DNA of 64,000 bases from Eledone cirrhosa (GCA_964016885.1 OZ024740.1:344782001-344846000); one strand, 5' to 3'. Shown: positions 26,732 through 40,895, numbered from the stretch's first letter. Translations and numbers: made by a program. The notes: generated by a model not told the origin, from the letters alone.

Positions 26732-26805
26732 GCTGTGATATATATTTCAGTGACGACACTGGCCACACTGTTCTGTGTGCGAGTGTCGTGTCATCATCAG
26801 ACAGC
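26732..26805 (-). ncRNA. Type I hammerhead ribozyme (5' repeat)
   Basis: Same core. Helix II contains ACGACACU/AGUGUCGU and CACAC/GUGUG. Confidence 0.78.
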
Positions 26806-26984
26806 TTGTTACATAATAAGGTAATGTTTCCGAGGCAATCCAAATTGGATCGACATGGGAACGGATGAATTGCATGTTTTGGGGTTTTTCATCCGCTCCC
26901 TTGTGAGTACCAATTCACCCCCACCGGCCTGCGCAAGCGCATGTCCGAAGGAAGTTGACCATTAGCCACCGCAGTATATATATA

Positions 26985-27140
26985 ACTGTTTCATTCGGGA
27001 GAAATCACCAGGAAGCCCTGATAATTTCTCCCGAATGAGACAGTCCTGTCGCAGCCATTTCTATATTAAATATTTATACTCTGCTATGTATTGAGTATCT
27101 TACTTACTGTGATTACCCCCGATTGAACCCGGGATAAACT
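26985..27140 (+). mobile_element. Small fold-back pLTR element with a decayed hammerhead
   Basis: 28-bp arms 26985-27012 and 27017-27044. The arm consensus is CTGATGA..GAAACAGT. The tail has the ACTC..GAGT hairpin. Confidence 0.6.
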
Positions 27141-28280
27141 TATATACATATAACAACTTCAGTCCTCACTTGCAATCGAGTATGACGTGGTAGTATGTAC
27201 CATGATTTCATTAATGTGTTTAGATGCGCATGATTTTGCGATTCAGCGGAACATTCAGGTTGTGATAGCTAGATGTACGTAGCTAAATATAGATGTACAT
27301 TTTCTCCAATCACATTCTACTTTTTTTCAGAAAACGAAGGCACAATGTTTATCATTGTCATGAAAACAGTTTTTTCTGAAACACAATATGATGTTATTGC
27401 TACGCTATGGATCAGATGTTTACTCTAGCAGGCTTCCCCTGTGTCAACAACAATACCAAAAATAATCACAAAAACCATACAAAAATCGCAATGCATATGT
27501 AATTACAAATAACGTTTAATATTTCTGAAAGTGCATTATAGAGGAAAGAAAATGTCTAAAAATTATATCGTATTTTTAAATAATGAAAATTCTAAATGTC
27601 TAAAATAGGACACTAGAAAACAATAGCAAAATTTGTGATTAGAGTATTTTAAAAAATCTATTGCAAACTTCAGCTCCATTATTTATCTCTATTTACCCTT
27701 GTTACTATCCTCAGATGCTTTTGAGATAATATTGTTGATGGGCAGAATCAATGAGCGATAAATAAAGATCAGCTGGTAGCACTGATAAATCAGAAGCTAG
27801 GATTCGATTTGATTCTAGCTTTAGAATCATACTACGGCGCCATTATTGTAATCTACTGCAGGCATAACGTGATTTTAAAGAAACTAACGCCATATTGAAA
27901 ATACACAAACATTTTTGCTGTCATTTATGACAAGCTTTAACAAATTGTTCTCCGATCGAATTTCTTTATCGATTACAAGCCAGTACTAAAGAATGAATGA
28001 GTTAAGAATACACAATAGAAACTGGCATTAATCTGGGGGAAATATAATCTTTTTTAAGAAATATATTTTTGAAATTCGGCTTGAAAGAATAGAATTAGAA
28101 CGACCATATACTTTCGAAAAACATATTAACGGATATATTTACGTTAATATGATTACACACGCACACACAGACACACATGCACACACACGCATATACATAT
28201 GTATATACACACACATATATATATATATATATATACATGTGTGTGTGTATGGATCGGTGTCTGTGTGTGTGTGTGCGAAT

Positions 28281-28375
<95 letters not shown>

Positions 28376-30394
28376 ATATATATATATACAGAGAAAGAGT
28401 CATTGTGTTTTGAGAGTGTGGGTGTTACAATTCCATCGAATCGTGAACATCAATAAGTAAAAAGCTAATGACCAGACAATTGTGATCGATGTAATCGTCT
28501 GTAATTCTCTCAAACTCTCCGACACCGTGCCTTTGTTACAATTCATTATAATGTATCTGAATGGCAAAATACTTAAACTGCCGAATTTAATTTTTGTTTC
28601 AAATTTGGTTTCTTTTGATTTCTGTTTGGCCTTAACAGTGTCTGCAAAATCGATAGCATTTAAATACTGGGATCTATAATATCGAAAGTTCTTGAAGTCA
28701 GAAATGTTAACGTATGCATTTGGGACTAAATACTCGTCTTCAATTTTGGCAAAAAAACAGCAGCTTACAGAGAGGGAGGAATCTGTTATAGCTACCCTGT
28801 TACTATGTTACACCGGATTTTGTCCGAAAAACGGAAGATTCTACCAAAGTATATACGATCGGAACTAAATAGTATGCAAATTATTGCATTTCTTCTCCGT
28901 CCAGTCGAATCTATGAAACAAATAAGATAGCGGAATTTATATGAATTTTTTACGAATAGTGACAACGGTCATATCGATACTAATGTAAGTAATGTGAAAT
29001 ATCTACAGTTCTGAACAATTTACACCGAGAGTAAACTATTCATCGAACTCCCTAGAAACATTTCGATATTTCTACGCAAACATATATTTGTGTATATTTA
29101 TTTAGCGAATCGTTTGCTTAGAAATAGGAAAGTAACGGTTTATGTTTGCTATAGATAGAAAAGCAAAGACATTAAACATTAATAGGATGAGTACTTATAT
29201 CATTTTATTTTGCTTTTCTGGAATCCAAATGAAATTGTAGTATCATTAATAAACTAAACCAGCTGCGTCCATATTTTGGATTATTGTAAATTCTACGTAT
29301 AATGTGTATGTATATAATGTAACAGACATTACATTATGTTCTAGCCAGTGCTCTCTCTTTGCTTAACTCATTTCATATCCATATGTGGTTTTCTCTATCT
29401 TGAATCGATAAATGAAGCAACGTTATCACATTAAAATTGATGCACTCGACTTGAACACCCCTTTTAAATGTCTGGCTTTCTGCCCAATCAAAAGTAATCG
29501 ATTTCAAATTTAAGGAAGCGGTGCGTGAATGTAGTGGTGATAGAATGATAGAGTGGTGTGGTTTAAGATAAAGATGAAGTAGGAATATAGTTTGAAGTAA
29601 GATTTAATCATATAAAAACAAACACTTCAGCGTAAAATCTATAGCAGTTCAAATATGACACTCTAAATATAGAAAAGCAAATAATTGTTTGTTTTCTTAA
29701 TTCTATTGGAACACCGTATATCCTCCACCAATTACACATCTTCACTGTTTTATTTCTAATCTCATTTGTTTGAATATATGTTGTTGGCTTCAAAACTGAT
29801 GAGCAGTTTTTGTTGATATTGTTTGTATTTTATGGCATGTCCAACAAGGGAATATGAATGACCTTTGGTCTCTACCACATATATTATATTAAAAGCTTTT
29901 ACAGATTTAAGCTTATAAATTCGGTCGAGAGATGTACAATTAATTTAATAAATCACATTGATTGAGTAACACTTTTTTTTACCCAAACTTATTAACAGAA
30001 GGGTTGTCTTCTAAGTGATGTGGAAAACCACAAACATTTAGAGGCATTGAATTGATATCTTTGCTACTTCTTTTTGATTTCTGACCCATGCGGTGTTGTA
30101 TAGTGGCCGATCTTGTGCGTTTTCAATAGCATATCTGTTTTTTTTTACTTTTATATATATATGAGATGACAGTGATAGCTTCTCAATAAACCTTACTCTA
30201 CTTTTGCAAAACCGAACACTTTAAGTCGTATTTACAAACATTTTTCTAGCTACAGAGTAGCATATTTCGAGAGGGAGAAGGAGGGAAGTTATGAGAGAAA
30301 GAATCGTAGAAAAAGTGAGAAGAATCAACTTCAGTAGTGGACTTATTTGCATTTATAGAAAAATGTATACTGTAATGAAAATTTCATTTTGTTG

Positions 30395-30482
30395 GCATTT
30401 GAACTCAAAGAGTGACGAGCCGGAACATATATTGTAACGCACTTTATCCGATGCTCTAGCTTATCTGCCAATCTAGCGCCCT
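30395..30482 (-). mobile_element. Old degenerate SINE head
   Basis: The reverse strand shows TGGCAGAT..TAGAGCATCGG and GAGTTCAAATGCC boxes. Confidence 0.45.
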
Positions 30483-33400
30483 AAATCATCGATAAATTAT
30501 AATCAGAGAGTATTGGATACAATTCAATTGGCTGCTCTTCCTAAACAATCTTTGGCATTATGCCTATGTTAGAAATCATTATGCACCTGCTGAAGTGTCG
30601 ATTCGTTAATGTGTTGACTGCCAATATACATTCTAAATTTCAAATAGTCTCGGTTTCTATTTAGCCTTTCATTCTCTACTGAAATGGAATAAGTTAGAAA
30701 TAACTACATAATTCGCATCAAAACTACGAAGCACAGAATAACGTGGTGCGTAATATACGTGTGAAAGATATTAGAATTAGGGACTTCATTTGAAAATTGA
30801 TGTTAAGTGGGGCAAAGTATCAATATTTCTGCTCCCAGTTCACGGAGACCCAAATATATTAGGATTGTTCCTAACGGCAAGAAACATTTCTCTCCTCTAT
30901 TTCTTTCTAACTCCACCCCCTTATTGGTCAAACACCTGGAGGTTATATCCGTAATTAGTAGAGCATTCAATCCAAACCAGTATGGTTTGCAAATATGCTG
31001 TGGAAGTAAGTCTCTCCCTTTCTCATTGTTTATATATCTATATATCTCTATATAGTATATAGTATTTTTTCAACCTAGCTAACTTGGTCATTCGTAATTG
31101 GAACACATGTATACTTATATATGTGTTCATCCCTCTCATATATCCAATTATATATACATATATATATATATGCATTTATTTAGTGATTCAATTACTAAAA
31201 CGGCAAGTAATGGTAAAGCCCCGTTGAACTTCACCAAACGCCTAAATGTCGAGTAATAACTTGAGTACTGAAATGATAATTATCATTTCAGTACTCAATG
31301 ATAATGATTATAACCATTATGATCTGAATTCAAAAATTGTAGCGGAATTAAAACCAAGCCCCAGTAGCTCCTCGCTCAAGCTTTTCTTTTCTCTGAAGAA
31401 AGAGACAACGTCTGTGTCACGAGATTCCTCTTGCCAAAAATGATGCGATTTTGAGAGAGAGAGATGGTGAGAAAAAGGGTGGGAGAGAGAGAGAGAGAGA
31501 GGGGGAAGAGCGCACGCGAGTGTGTTTGTAGGGCTGGGTGTGTGTGTGTGTATGTGCGATATATATATATATGAAAAATATAAAAAAAATGTAGAGCAAA
31601 TATTCTGTTTTGAAGTAATAGGTTTTGTATTGAAACAGTAAAAGGGTGAAAGGAAAACTTGACCTCGGCAGGATTAGAAATGAAAGAGCAGAGAGTAGGG
31701 AAAATAACGCAATGAATAGTATTTGGCTTTCTAACAGCACCGACAGTTTCTGCACGTTTTCATTAATATTAAATATATTAACTTTTGTTGTGGATCTTGT
31801 TGCTGTTTAGAATCAGCACAATTCATGTTGCTAATACCTCTGATCATAGTCACAACAGACATGATTATCACATCCATAAACATATTTTCTTTCTTTCAAG
31901 GGAGGCATAGCTACTATTTCTAGCACGCCATGTGTCTGAGTAAAGGCGTCCTCGCTGTCTCGTTGATTTTTCTAGTAACTTTGCATACCTTCTCTAAATG
32001 GAAATTAGCCACCAAAGGCGGGGCAGAATGCCGAATCAACTGGTTATTTGAAGAGTAGATGAATAACTTATAGTTTGTATGTTTCTTTGAAGGTTACCAA
32101 TGCTGTTCCAGCGTATAAGTGACTGGGGAACAACAGAGGCAAATCACTTCTGTATTCTTCCATGAAATTTGCTCAGCAAGCTATCAAACGTGTAACCTAT
32201 AGGGATGGCACCAGGATGTCTCACTCTGTATAGTTCATCTTAATGTCTCCAAAGTCGTTACGGTTTGAGAATCTGTTTTCTCTACTGTTCACGTTAAACT
32301 ACGTAATTTCATAACAGCTCTTGTTAGCATTAATATTGTATTATTATTATTGTTATTATTATTATTAGTCGCCATAGTAACAGTACTAATATGCACCACC
32401 CCTCCCACTAATATAACAAACAACATCAGCATTTATTGAGATAGATTTAGCAACAGAAATAGTGATAGTGGCGTCACCATCATCATCATCATCATCATCA
32501 TCAGAGCCCCACCACCAACATCCTAATTGTCACAACCATCACCATGAATATTATTATCATTGTCGTTTACGTCGTCGTCGTTATCATCATCATCAACAGC
32601 AACTATAACTCTACCACATATGTTTTTTTTGTTTGTTTTTATGTATAGTCTGTGGTTGTTGATATTTAAAATGTTGATATTTAAAATGCAAATTTAGAAA
32701 GTCGAAATGAAAAAATTATAAGAATTTTTCTTACGTTGGAGGAATTGAAATGAAACTATATGTTATTCTGTGGAAGAAACATAATATAATATTACAATGT
32801 TTAAGGTTTCAACGACAAGAACGAATGACACGTATCCCTGAAGCATTGAATTAAACATTTCACCTCATATTCGTCCCGGACACTCTACTGCAAAACATGA
32901 TCACCATCAAAAACTGGAGGTTAAATGGCAATAGCCTGGCGTCTTAACCACATAGGTGAATTATGCTCTCAGATTTGTCCGGTCACATGAACCCAGTATA
33001 AATTAAGGCCCGATAAGCTTCTAGGTCATCGGTTCCGAAAGTGCGTTCCGGAAGGAGTGTTTGGGAAACCCTGCTCTGGGCTGACGAAAGACGTTGAATG
33101 TGATGTTTATGTACTACCATATGAATTATTGGTGTGTGTTAAAGAATACAAAAAATAATTGCTTGCAATGAAGGACAAAGAAAAACTTATTGACTGAATT
33201 GATTTAGGAATAAAAGAAATGAACTTCCGTCGTTGTCGATAACCTATGTTCCAGGTGTTTGTTCAAGGAAAGAGCCAAGCCCTGGAATCAACATATATTT
33301 GATTGAGGATTCTAGAGATACGTATGCTCTTAATGTATTTCTTGTGGTGAATCTGTATTCAATGTGTGACAGATATCGACAATGCTGTCGATATCTGTAT

Positions 33401-33656
33401 TTCCAATACTTTTACAGTAACACTAAGTATAAATAATATTAACACGAGCCTGCTGTATTAGGCTGGTCCATATAAACAAAGGATATGAAGGGACGTAACT
33501 AAATGCTATAATGCATTTTTACACTTCCAATATTACATGTGCTTAGAATCAAAATCGGATACCCCAAGGTATTTTCCCCAGCACTCCAACGATTATGGTA
33601 GTCAAATAATTTCTAACAAACACAATACTAGCAAGATTGTTACAATCAGTAATTTG

Positions 33657-33731
<75 letters not shown>

Positions 33732-34225
33732 ATGAGGCCAGATTGGTGAATTTTCTTTTATTGTTGCGGACACAATATATATATTCCAAAGACCAGCAGA
33801 ATCCCAATAATTTCCCCGAAAAAGATTTTCTTTTCAAGATACAGGTGGCCGGCCGAACGCATGTTGTTTCTTCGACGGACGTGATTTTAGCCGCGTTGAA
33901 AGATGCATTAATGAGAGTTGAATTCTTGGGAATTAGTTTGCAACCATCGGAGACTTGCATTTCTGTGGCTAGATTGTTGTAGAGTCACTTCTGTAGTCTT
34001 GCTTTCTGATTTTGACTCGCTGTTCCCTGAGACTCATTGTTCCCTAATACCACATATGGGAGAAAGAGATATGCATTCATGTTGTTCTACCAGTATGCAA
34101 TCTAATGATTGCATTTACACACAGCCACAGACACACACACAGACACACACACAGACACACACACAGACACACACACACAGACACACACACAGACACACAC
34201 ACACACACACACACACACACCCACA

Positions 34226-34283
<58 letters not shown>

Positions 34284-34329
34284 AATACTATTCAGTCAAA
34301 CTCATCATCATCATGCCTCTTCATACAAT

Positions 34330-34725
34330 GTGGACTGTGGACAAACCCACAGAAACTCACATACACATACTAACCTACAAAGATGTATATTTATTGACCT
34401 CCTCCTTTGTCTCACTAATATCTATACATTTCTTAAATTACAATCGTATCCATCTTCTTTATTAAAATGGATGACTAACACCATTTACTTTCACCTTTCT
34501 ACTTTCTTGGTTTTTTCCTTTTTTTTTCTTCACCCTCGTAGTTATTGCTTCTCTTCTCTCCCCCAAATGTTTCGAACATCCGATAAAGTACTCGTGCGAA
34601 ACGTCAAAACATATGCACTTCATTGCATGTTAAACTAACATAACCGATTACTATATTGATTTTTACAGCATTATTTTCTTCTTGAATTTTTAAAATATAC
34701 AATGCTTAATTACCTAAGTACGGTA
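34330..34725 (+). mobile_element. Possible decayed PLE 3' UTR/pLTR
   Basis: Degenerate hammerhead CCGATAA-AGTACTCGTGC-GAAACGTC at 34581-34606 in a pyrimidine-rich UTR-like context. Confidence 0.35.
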
Positions 34726-35439
34726 TGTATATGTAATGTAATACTTACAATTCCTGTTGATTCCGCTGAATGACATTACATATAGAAGGCCAAATTTAAA
34801 TAATTCGAATATATAGTGGTACTTAATTTTGAACGTATGAACATATATTCTAATATTCCTGGTTTAATCTTGGACAACGTGCCGTATACACAATTGAATT
34901 TACCCTATAATGATAGTTGATTCTTCTATATGCCCCAGGCCATGAGGAAAGCTTTTAGCCAACTATATGCTCTCTAGGTATTGAAATATTCTGTACTTTA
35001 TCGACCATGAACATATAATATACACTACTGACCGATGTAGGATTTAAAGTTAGAATCTATATAGCCGTGACATATTCAGAAAAGTAGCATGTATTTGGCT
35101 CTAAGAAATCAACAAATCCAACGCCGTTGGCTCAATTTTTAATGAATACATTTATTTCATTCACCTAGAGCAAAATACAAAGTCGATATTGTAATGGCAA
35201 AAGAAAAACCACCGATTTTAACTTGCGTGGGGCTTCCAGATTTTTTTATCAATTTCATTTTCTAAATTGTCGCAGAGTTACACATCTTCATCTAAACAAT
35301 AGGTATTCATATATAGACACGCACAAATATATAGAATATATACATATGTATAAAAACATACAAACGCACATACATAGTGCATATATATATATGATGCACC
35401 AACATCAACAACAAAACACACAACATAGTAAACAGACTT

Positions 35440-38307
35440 AATATTGAAGATAGAACTGAACCTTTGGCACTGAAAAAACCACATTTCAACCTGAAAGATC
35501 ACAAATCTAACTTTAACTCTAATCCTTCTATAAGGCTTATATGCCCTTCCAAATCTGATATTGGCATCATTAATAAAATAATTTTAGATAGAGTCATCCC
35601 ACAATTAAGAAAACATGTTAATTTACCACTCTGGGAAAACACATCCCAGGTAATTAACTGGTTTACTAATATTAGAAATAAATCTTCTGCTTCATTTCTA
35701 CAATTCGATATAGATAATTATTATTCCTCTATATCACCTATACTCCTGAAAAAAGCCTTTAAATTTGCCAAAAATAGATCAAACTTAACTATGGATGACA
35801 TTAATATTATCACACATGCTAGACAAACACTACTGGAATTTCAAAAAGAATACTGGACCAGAAACACATACAGTAATCTATTCGACATTACTATGGGCTC
35901 AAGTGATTCTGCCCAAATTACCGATCTTGTGGGCCTCTTTCTTCTATTTAACATAAATGCTTCTTTTCCCCACCTTAAAGGTGGTTTATATCGTGACGAC
36001 TGTCTTCTTCTTTCCAATACCCTTAGCCTATCAGAAATTGAAAAAAAACAACAACTTATTAGAACTTTCCTCAAAGACTATTATAGTCTAGATATTACAT
36101 TTGAAAACACAAGTAAAGTAGTTAATTTCCTTGATATAACATTAGACTTATCTACGGGTATCTACCAACCTTACTATAAACCTAACCAAAACTTACATTA
36201 CATACACTCACAATCTAATCACCCTAAATCTATCCTTAAAAACCTAGCATATAATATCTCACTCAGAATTTCTAACCTTTCGTCTAACCAGGATGTATTT
36301 GATAAAAATGCGACCTTTTATAACGAAGGTTTAGCTAGAAGTGGCCACAAAAACAAATTAGTATATATACCTTGTACCAATAACACAACAATAATACAAA
36401 CCAATATTACCAACAAACACCAAATGAAATATACACACCTAAATGCCACTCACACTATACCCAAAAATACCAACATAAAACTTAATTTCTCTAACTCTTT
36501 TAATATACAATATAGTAACTTTCAAAAAACTATTCTTCCTAATACTGCAATATATGTTAATAATAAAATTCCTAATAAAGAGGCTAAAACACCTAAATCA
36601 ATGAATCTAACTAAAAATATGTGTAATAAAATCATTAACAATAATTCTCTTAATAAACATTAGGATACATCCTATAAAAATAATAAACAACATCGAAACC
36701 GTAATAGACGAGTTACTTGGGATAATGCTCCATTTAATCTACAAATTAAAGATAATATACCTAAAATTTTTTTTACTATCCTAGAAAAAAACTTCCCGCC
36801 AAACCACAAATACCATCACATTTTAAATAGATCAACGGTTAAATTCTCCTACTCAACAACCAAAAACATACAACAAAATATAAGTGCCTATAATGCATAT
36901 AAATGTAAAAAAAAACATGAATATACCACAATACATCAAACTAACCATAATACTAAAATAAACCACAGCAAACCACCATCTCATTCACATACAAGTCGTG
37001 AAAATTCCACACCTAATTTGACTATCTCCTCTGATACAGCATTCACGAAAGGTTGTAACTGTAGAAACAAAGCAAATTGCCCATTAAAAGGAAATTGCCT
37101 TATTAATAACATAGTATATAAATGTAAAGTTAACACTAAGGACTCAATTTATTCATATATAGGAGCTACTTCTAACCAATTTAAAGTAAGATTTAATACC
37201 CACAAACACAGTTTTAAAAATGCCGCATTGGCTAATACAACAGCTTTAGCTGAAATAATTAATAATTATAGAAAGTGGAATAATAACACTTTTTTTTAAT
37301 TAGTTAACCTATAATTAATATTGTACTACTAATGAACTGCATAATTTTATTTCCCTTTTACAGCTATCTTTTCCTAAAATTTATACCATTAAGTATACAT
37401 ATAAACTATTTTAATTTCAGGTTATGATTCTATGTTCCTTATAATCTATACAAATTTGTTATTTCTCACTAATAAATTGACCCCCCCCCCCCCCATAATT
37501 ATTATTATTATTTTTTATTTTCCCAACGTTTTTAACAGCACTCTTCAATTACATCTAACTCTTATTTATCATATCCATTTGAATTAATATAAATTTATTA
37601 ATATAAATATACCTATCAATTTAATTAGTTTCTCTTTATAACTCCCTATATTTTAAATAAGATTGATATTTTTCACTAACACATTTATCGTAAAATTTTA
37701 TTCTCCTTAGATATTTGCATTGGCATTATTCTTTTATAACATCAATTTTTCGTGTACCTTTTACCGACTTGACCTATTTTCATCCCTAAAATAATCTTTT
37801 CATTCATCATACTCTTTCCATTCAAAACTGAAATCTGCCTTCCTCTACCCCTAAATTAAAGTTCTATTACTACTATTTTACCATCTTGACCATTTACTAC
37901 CTTTCTATTGGTCAATTCAAAACCTGTTCCCAAACAGACCTATTATATTAAATCTTTGTTTTTTTTTTTCAATAAACAAATATAATTATTTCTGAAGACA
38001 GCATATATATGTGTAGGTATGTATATTCCCTCTGATAGTTTGTAAAGATTTTACATAGATCTATATGATATACATACCAACACAAACATATGTATCCTAG
38101 AAACGATCGTAAAATGAGGATTTTTTTAATATAAGGAACTGTTTCTTTGTTTTTATTCATTATTTTTATTAATTTATCTTGACTGTGTTTTCCTGTATTT
38201 TTCATCTGAAATTTTTTTTTGAATACATCCTCTCTTTTCATGATATTCAGATTACATTGAGTTCTTCATACGGATTGGACACTACCGTACATTTTGGTAG
38301 ATTTATC

Positions 38308-38310
<3 letters not shown>
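35440..38310 (+). mobile_element. 5'-truncated, disrupted second Naiad-type PLE with a long 3' UTR ending at (TA)n
   Basis: ORFs 35464-36663 and 37018-37299 are clearly homologous to 7938-10340 (LKDHK, FLQFDID, ITMGSSDS, GLYRDD, CNCR..CPL..YIG). TAG at 36661, a frameshift near 36910, and the EN C-terminus is missing. Confidence 0.9.
37986..38117 (+). ncRNA. Hammerhead with a ~100-nt helix II in the 3' UTR of the second Naiad
   Basis: UUAUUU-CUGAAGA...GAAA-CGAUCG-UA/AAAUGA. Helix II includes GGUAUGUAUAUU/GAUAUACAUACC. Confidence 0.72.
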
Positions 38311-38364
<54 letters not shown>

Positions 38365-38519
38365 GAACTCAGAGCGCAAAGGACCATAACTCTATGCTGC
38401 AAAGCATGGTGTCCGACTCTTTGTCAATTCACCACCCTAAATTCTATGGACAATAATACCATTGGCGTTATAATGCAACTCATGAATAACCAAATCTTTT
38501 CATATATATATATATATAT

Positions 38520-38690
38520 GGAAAGATTCAGGACCCGGACGGCTGAGCTCCGGTCGTTTCGTCAGCTGTCGGAACAGCCATGGCTCAGCCGTCGGGGTCC
38601 TGAATCATGCTACCCACTCTACTATCCCAAGTATCAAGTACTCTGGTGCGTTATGGTACACCTGGTATCTTACCACAACCTCTTTGTTAT
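38520..38690 (+). mobile_element. Family C fold-back element, copy 2
   Basis: Homologous to 2016-2191 and follows (TA)n. Confidence 0.75.
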
Positions 38691-39404
38691 TAGGACAATT
38701 AAAACGCGTAAAGCGAGTGAGACAAGTAAACAACAAAGAGGAAAGCTAACCGTAGATAGGAAGGGAACAAGCTACATAGTTATTCTGTCAGCATAAGCTG
38801 GGTGAATATATGAGCGCTTAGAAAAAAGACCTTTCGAGATGAATCCAAATGTAAGAAAGAAGGAAATTGTATTCGTCGCGAACGGGGTGAAGTGAGAAGG
38901 GGAGAAACAGTGAGTGAGTGAGTGGAAGTGTGAGGAAGAGGTCAGTAGAGAGAAAGTGTTAACTGACATGACAGAGGGGGCGAAAGAAAGTAGGAGAAAC
39001 AGAGAGAACGAGGGAGCAGTAAGAGAGAGAGAGAGAAAAACAGAATCGCAGTTTAGGTAAATATATGTGAAAAAATGGGGAGAAGAATACTGCAGGGTGC
39101 ACATGGATAACATGTTATAAAATGAGTCCCTCATCAGTGATTTGCCAACGATCATAGATATTTCATTGCATTAAAAATCATATACCTCACGTTGGTGCAA
39201 TAATAACTAAGTTAAGTTATTAGGACAATTAAAACGCGTAAAGCGAGTGAGACAAGTAAACAACAAAGAGGAAAGCTAACCGTAGATAGGAAGGGAACAA
39301 GCTACATAGTTATTCTGTCAGCATAAGCTGGGTGAATATATGAGCGCTTAGAAAAAAGAACTTTCGAGATGAATCCAAATGTAAGAAAGAAGGAAATTGT
39401 ATTC
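38686..39404. repeat. 189-bp direct repeat with a 530-nt period
   Basis: 38686-38874 and 39216-39404 are nearly identical. Confidence 0.9.
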
Positions 39405-39892
39405 TCCATAGTCGTTTAAATAAACGGTTGTTTTTCAATTATTTACATATTCATTTGCATTCATTCACACATAAGTTTGAAAAATCCCTAATATATTTCC
39501 ACTATCCAGTGAATATCCAACCGATAAGGTACGATTTTCATGGGTATGTCTCTATTTATGAAACAAACTTTGTATTTTATATGATGAAAATGTGGCTTGG
39601 TACCCATTGTATATATATATATACAATGATATTAAATAAATGGAAACTATATTTATAAAACAATATTTATTTTATTATATATATTTCAAGGGTACCAAGA
39701 CACATTTTCATCAGATAAAATACAAAGTTTGTTTTATAAATAGAGACATACCCATGAAAATCGTACCTTATCGGTTGGATATTCACTGGATAGTGGAAAT
39801 ATATTAGGGATTTTTCAAACTTATGTGTGAATGAATGCAAATGAATATGTAAATAATTGAAAAACAACCGTTTATTTAAACGACTATGGAGA
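39403..39892. mobile_element. Tail-to-tail inverted pair of family E-related pLTRs
   Basis: Arms 39403-39605 and 39690-39892. Minus-strand CTGATGA..GAAATATATATA/ATAAAA at 39670-39720 with a weak helix II. The tail matches 25186-25242. Confidence 0.8.
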
Positions 39893-40418
39893 GAGAGAAA
39901 GTAGAGATAAAAGGAGAAGGATAAAATAGTGCGACAGAAAGAGAATAAAGAAACAAGAGAAGAAGAATAAAAACTCATATAACGTTAATTTGAGGGAAAT
40001 ATATTCTAAGTATATATTTTAATAGTACGTGTAGTTACGATTACTAGTTGTTTAACATTTGTTTATAATATAATATTTTTCTTCCGTTATAAGTAGATAA
40101 ATGAATAAATAAATACATAAATAAATAAATAAATAAATAAATAAATAGATGGGTATATCATGTTATTGATAATTGTTCTAATGAGTTATGAGGGATATTG
40201 GTTTTGTATTTAATGTAAATAAATATTAAGTTAAATTAAATTAAATTAACTGAGTTAATAAGAATATTGATATTTATATGATTTAAAATGGGAAGTTACG
40301 GAAAAAACTCCGGTTTAATTTATTTATTCGTTAGGGTGAGACTATTTAGTCAAAATAACTATAGATGTTAAAAGATACATTTAGCCAGAATCAATTAGGG
40401 GTTATAAATCTATTGAAA

Positions 40419-40598
40419 AATAATTGTTTCTACTTTAGGCACAAGGCCAGCAATTACACAGTACATTACTGGTACTTTATTTTATCGACCCCGTAGGATG
40501 AAAGGCAAAGTTAACCTCGGCGGGGTTTGAACTCAGACTGTAAAGGGACGTACCTATGCTAGAGAGCATGGCGTCCAGCCCTCTACCAATACTGCCAA
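40419..40598 (-). mobile_element. Full-length tRNA-derived SINE
   Basis: Reverse complement of the SINE at 52373-52557, with A-box, B-box, core and tail. Confidence 0.9.
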
Positions 40599-40835
40599 TT
40601 CACATGAAAAAATATTGATAAAGTATTGAAAGAATATTGAAAAAGTATTGACAAATTATTGAAAAATTTGAGAAAATTAAAAAAATAATAATAATTTATA
40701 AGAGATAAGTAATTTTTAAAGAAATAAAAATTAAAGAAATAAAAATAAATAAATAAAAATTATGAGAATTAAAATTGAAATTAAAATTAAAATAAAATTT
40801 TAAAAAAAATTAGAATTATATATGTATAAATTTTA

Positions 40836-40895
<60 letters not shown>

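Larger units (their letters stand above)
25308..26974 (-). mobile_element. Non-coding element with 369-bp direct repeats (period 1298 nt), each carrying a hammerhead
   Basis: Repeats 25308-25676 and 26606-26974, (TA)n on both flanks, and no recognisable coding remnant in the internal segment. Confidence 0.85.

Noticed and set aside
33760-34070. Possible PLE N-terminal coding remnant (CKLIPK..AAKI, minus strand)
   Set aside because: The similarity is too short and degenerate to support without a search.
40419-40598. tRNA genes at A-box/B-box motifs
   Set aside because: I found no cloverleaf, and the boxes belong to SINE heads followed by SINE core and tail.
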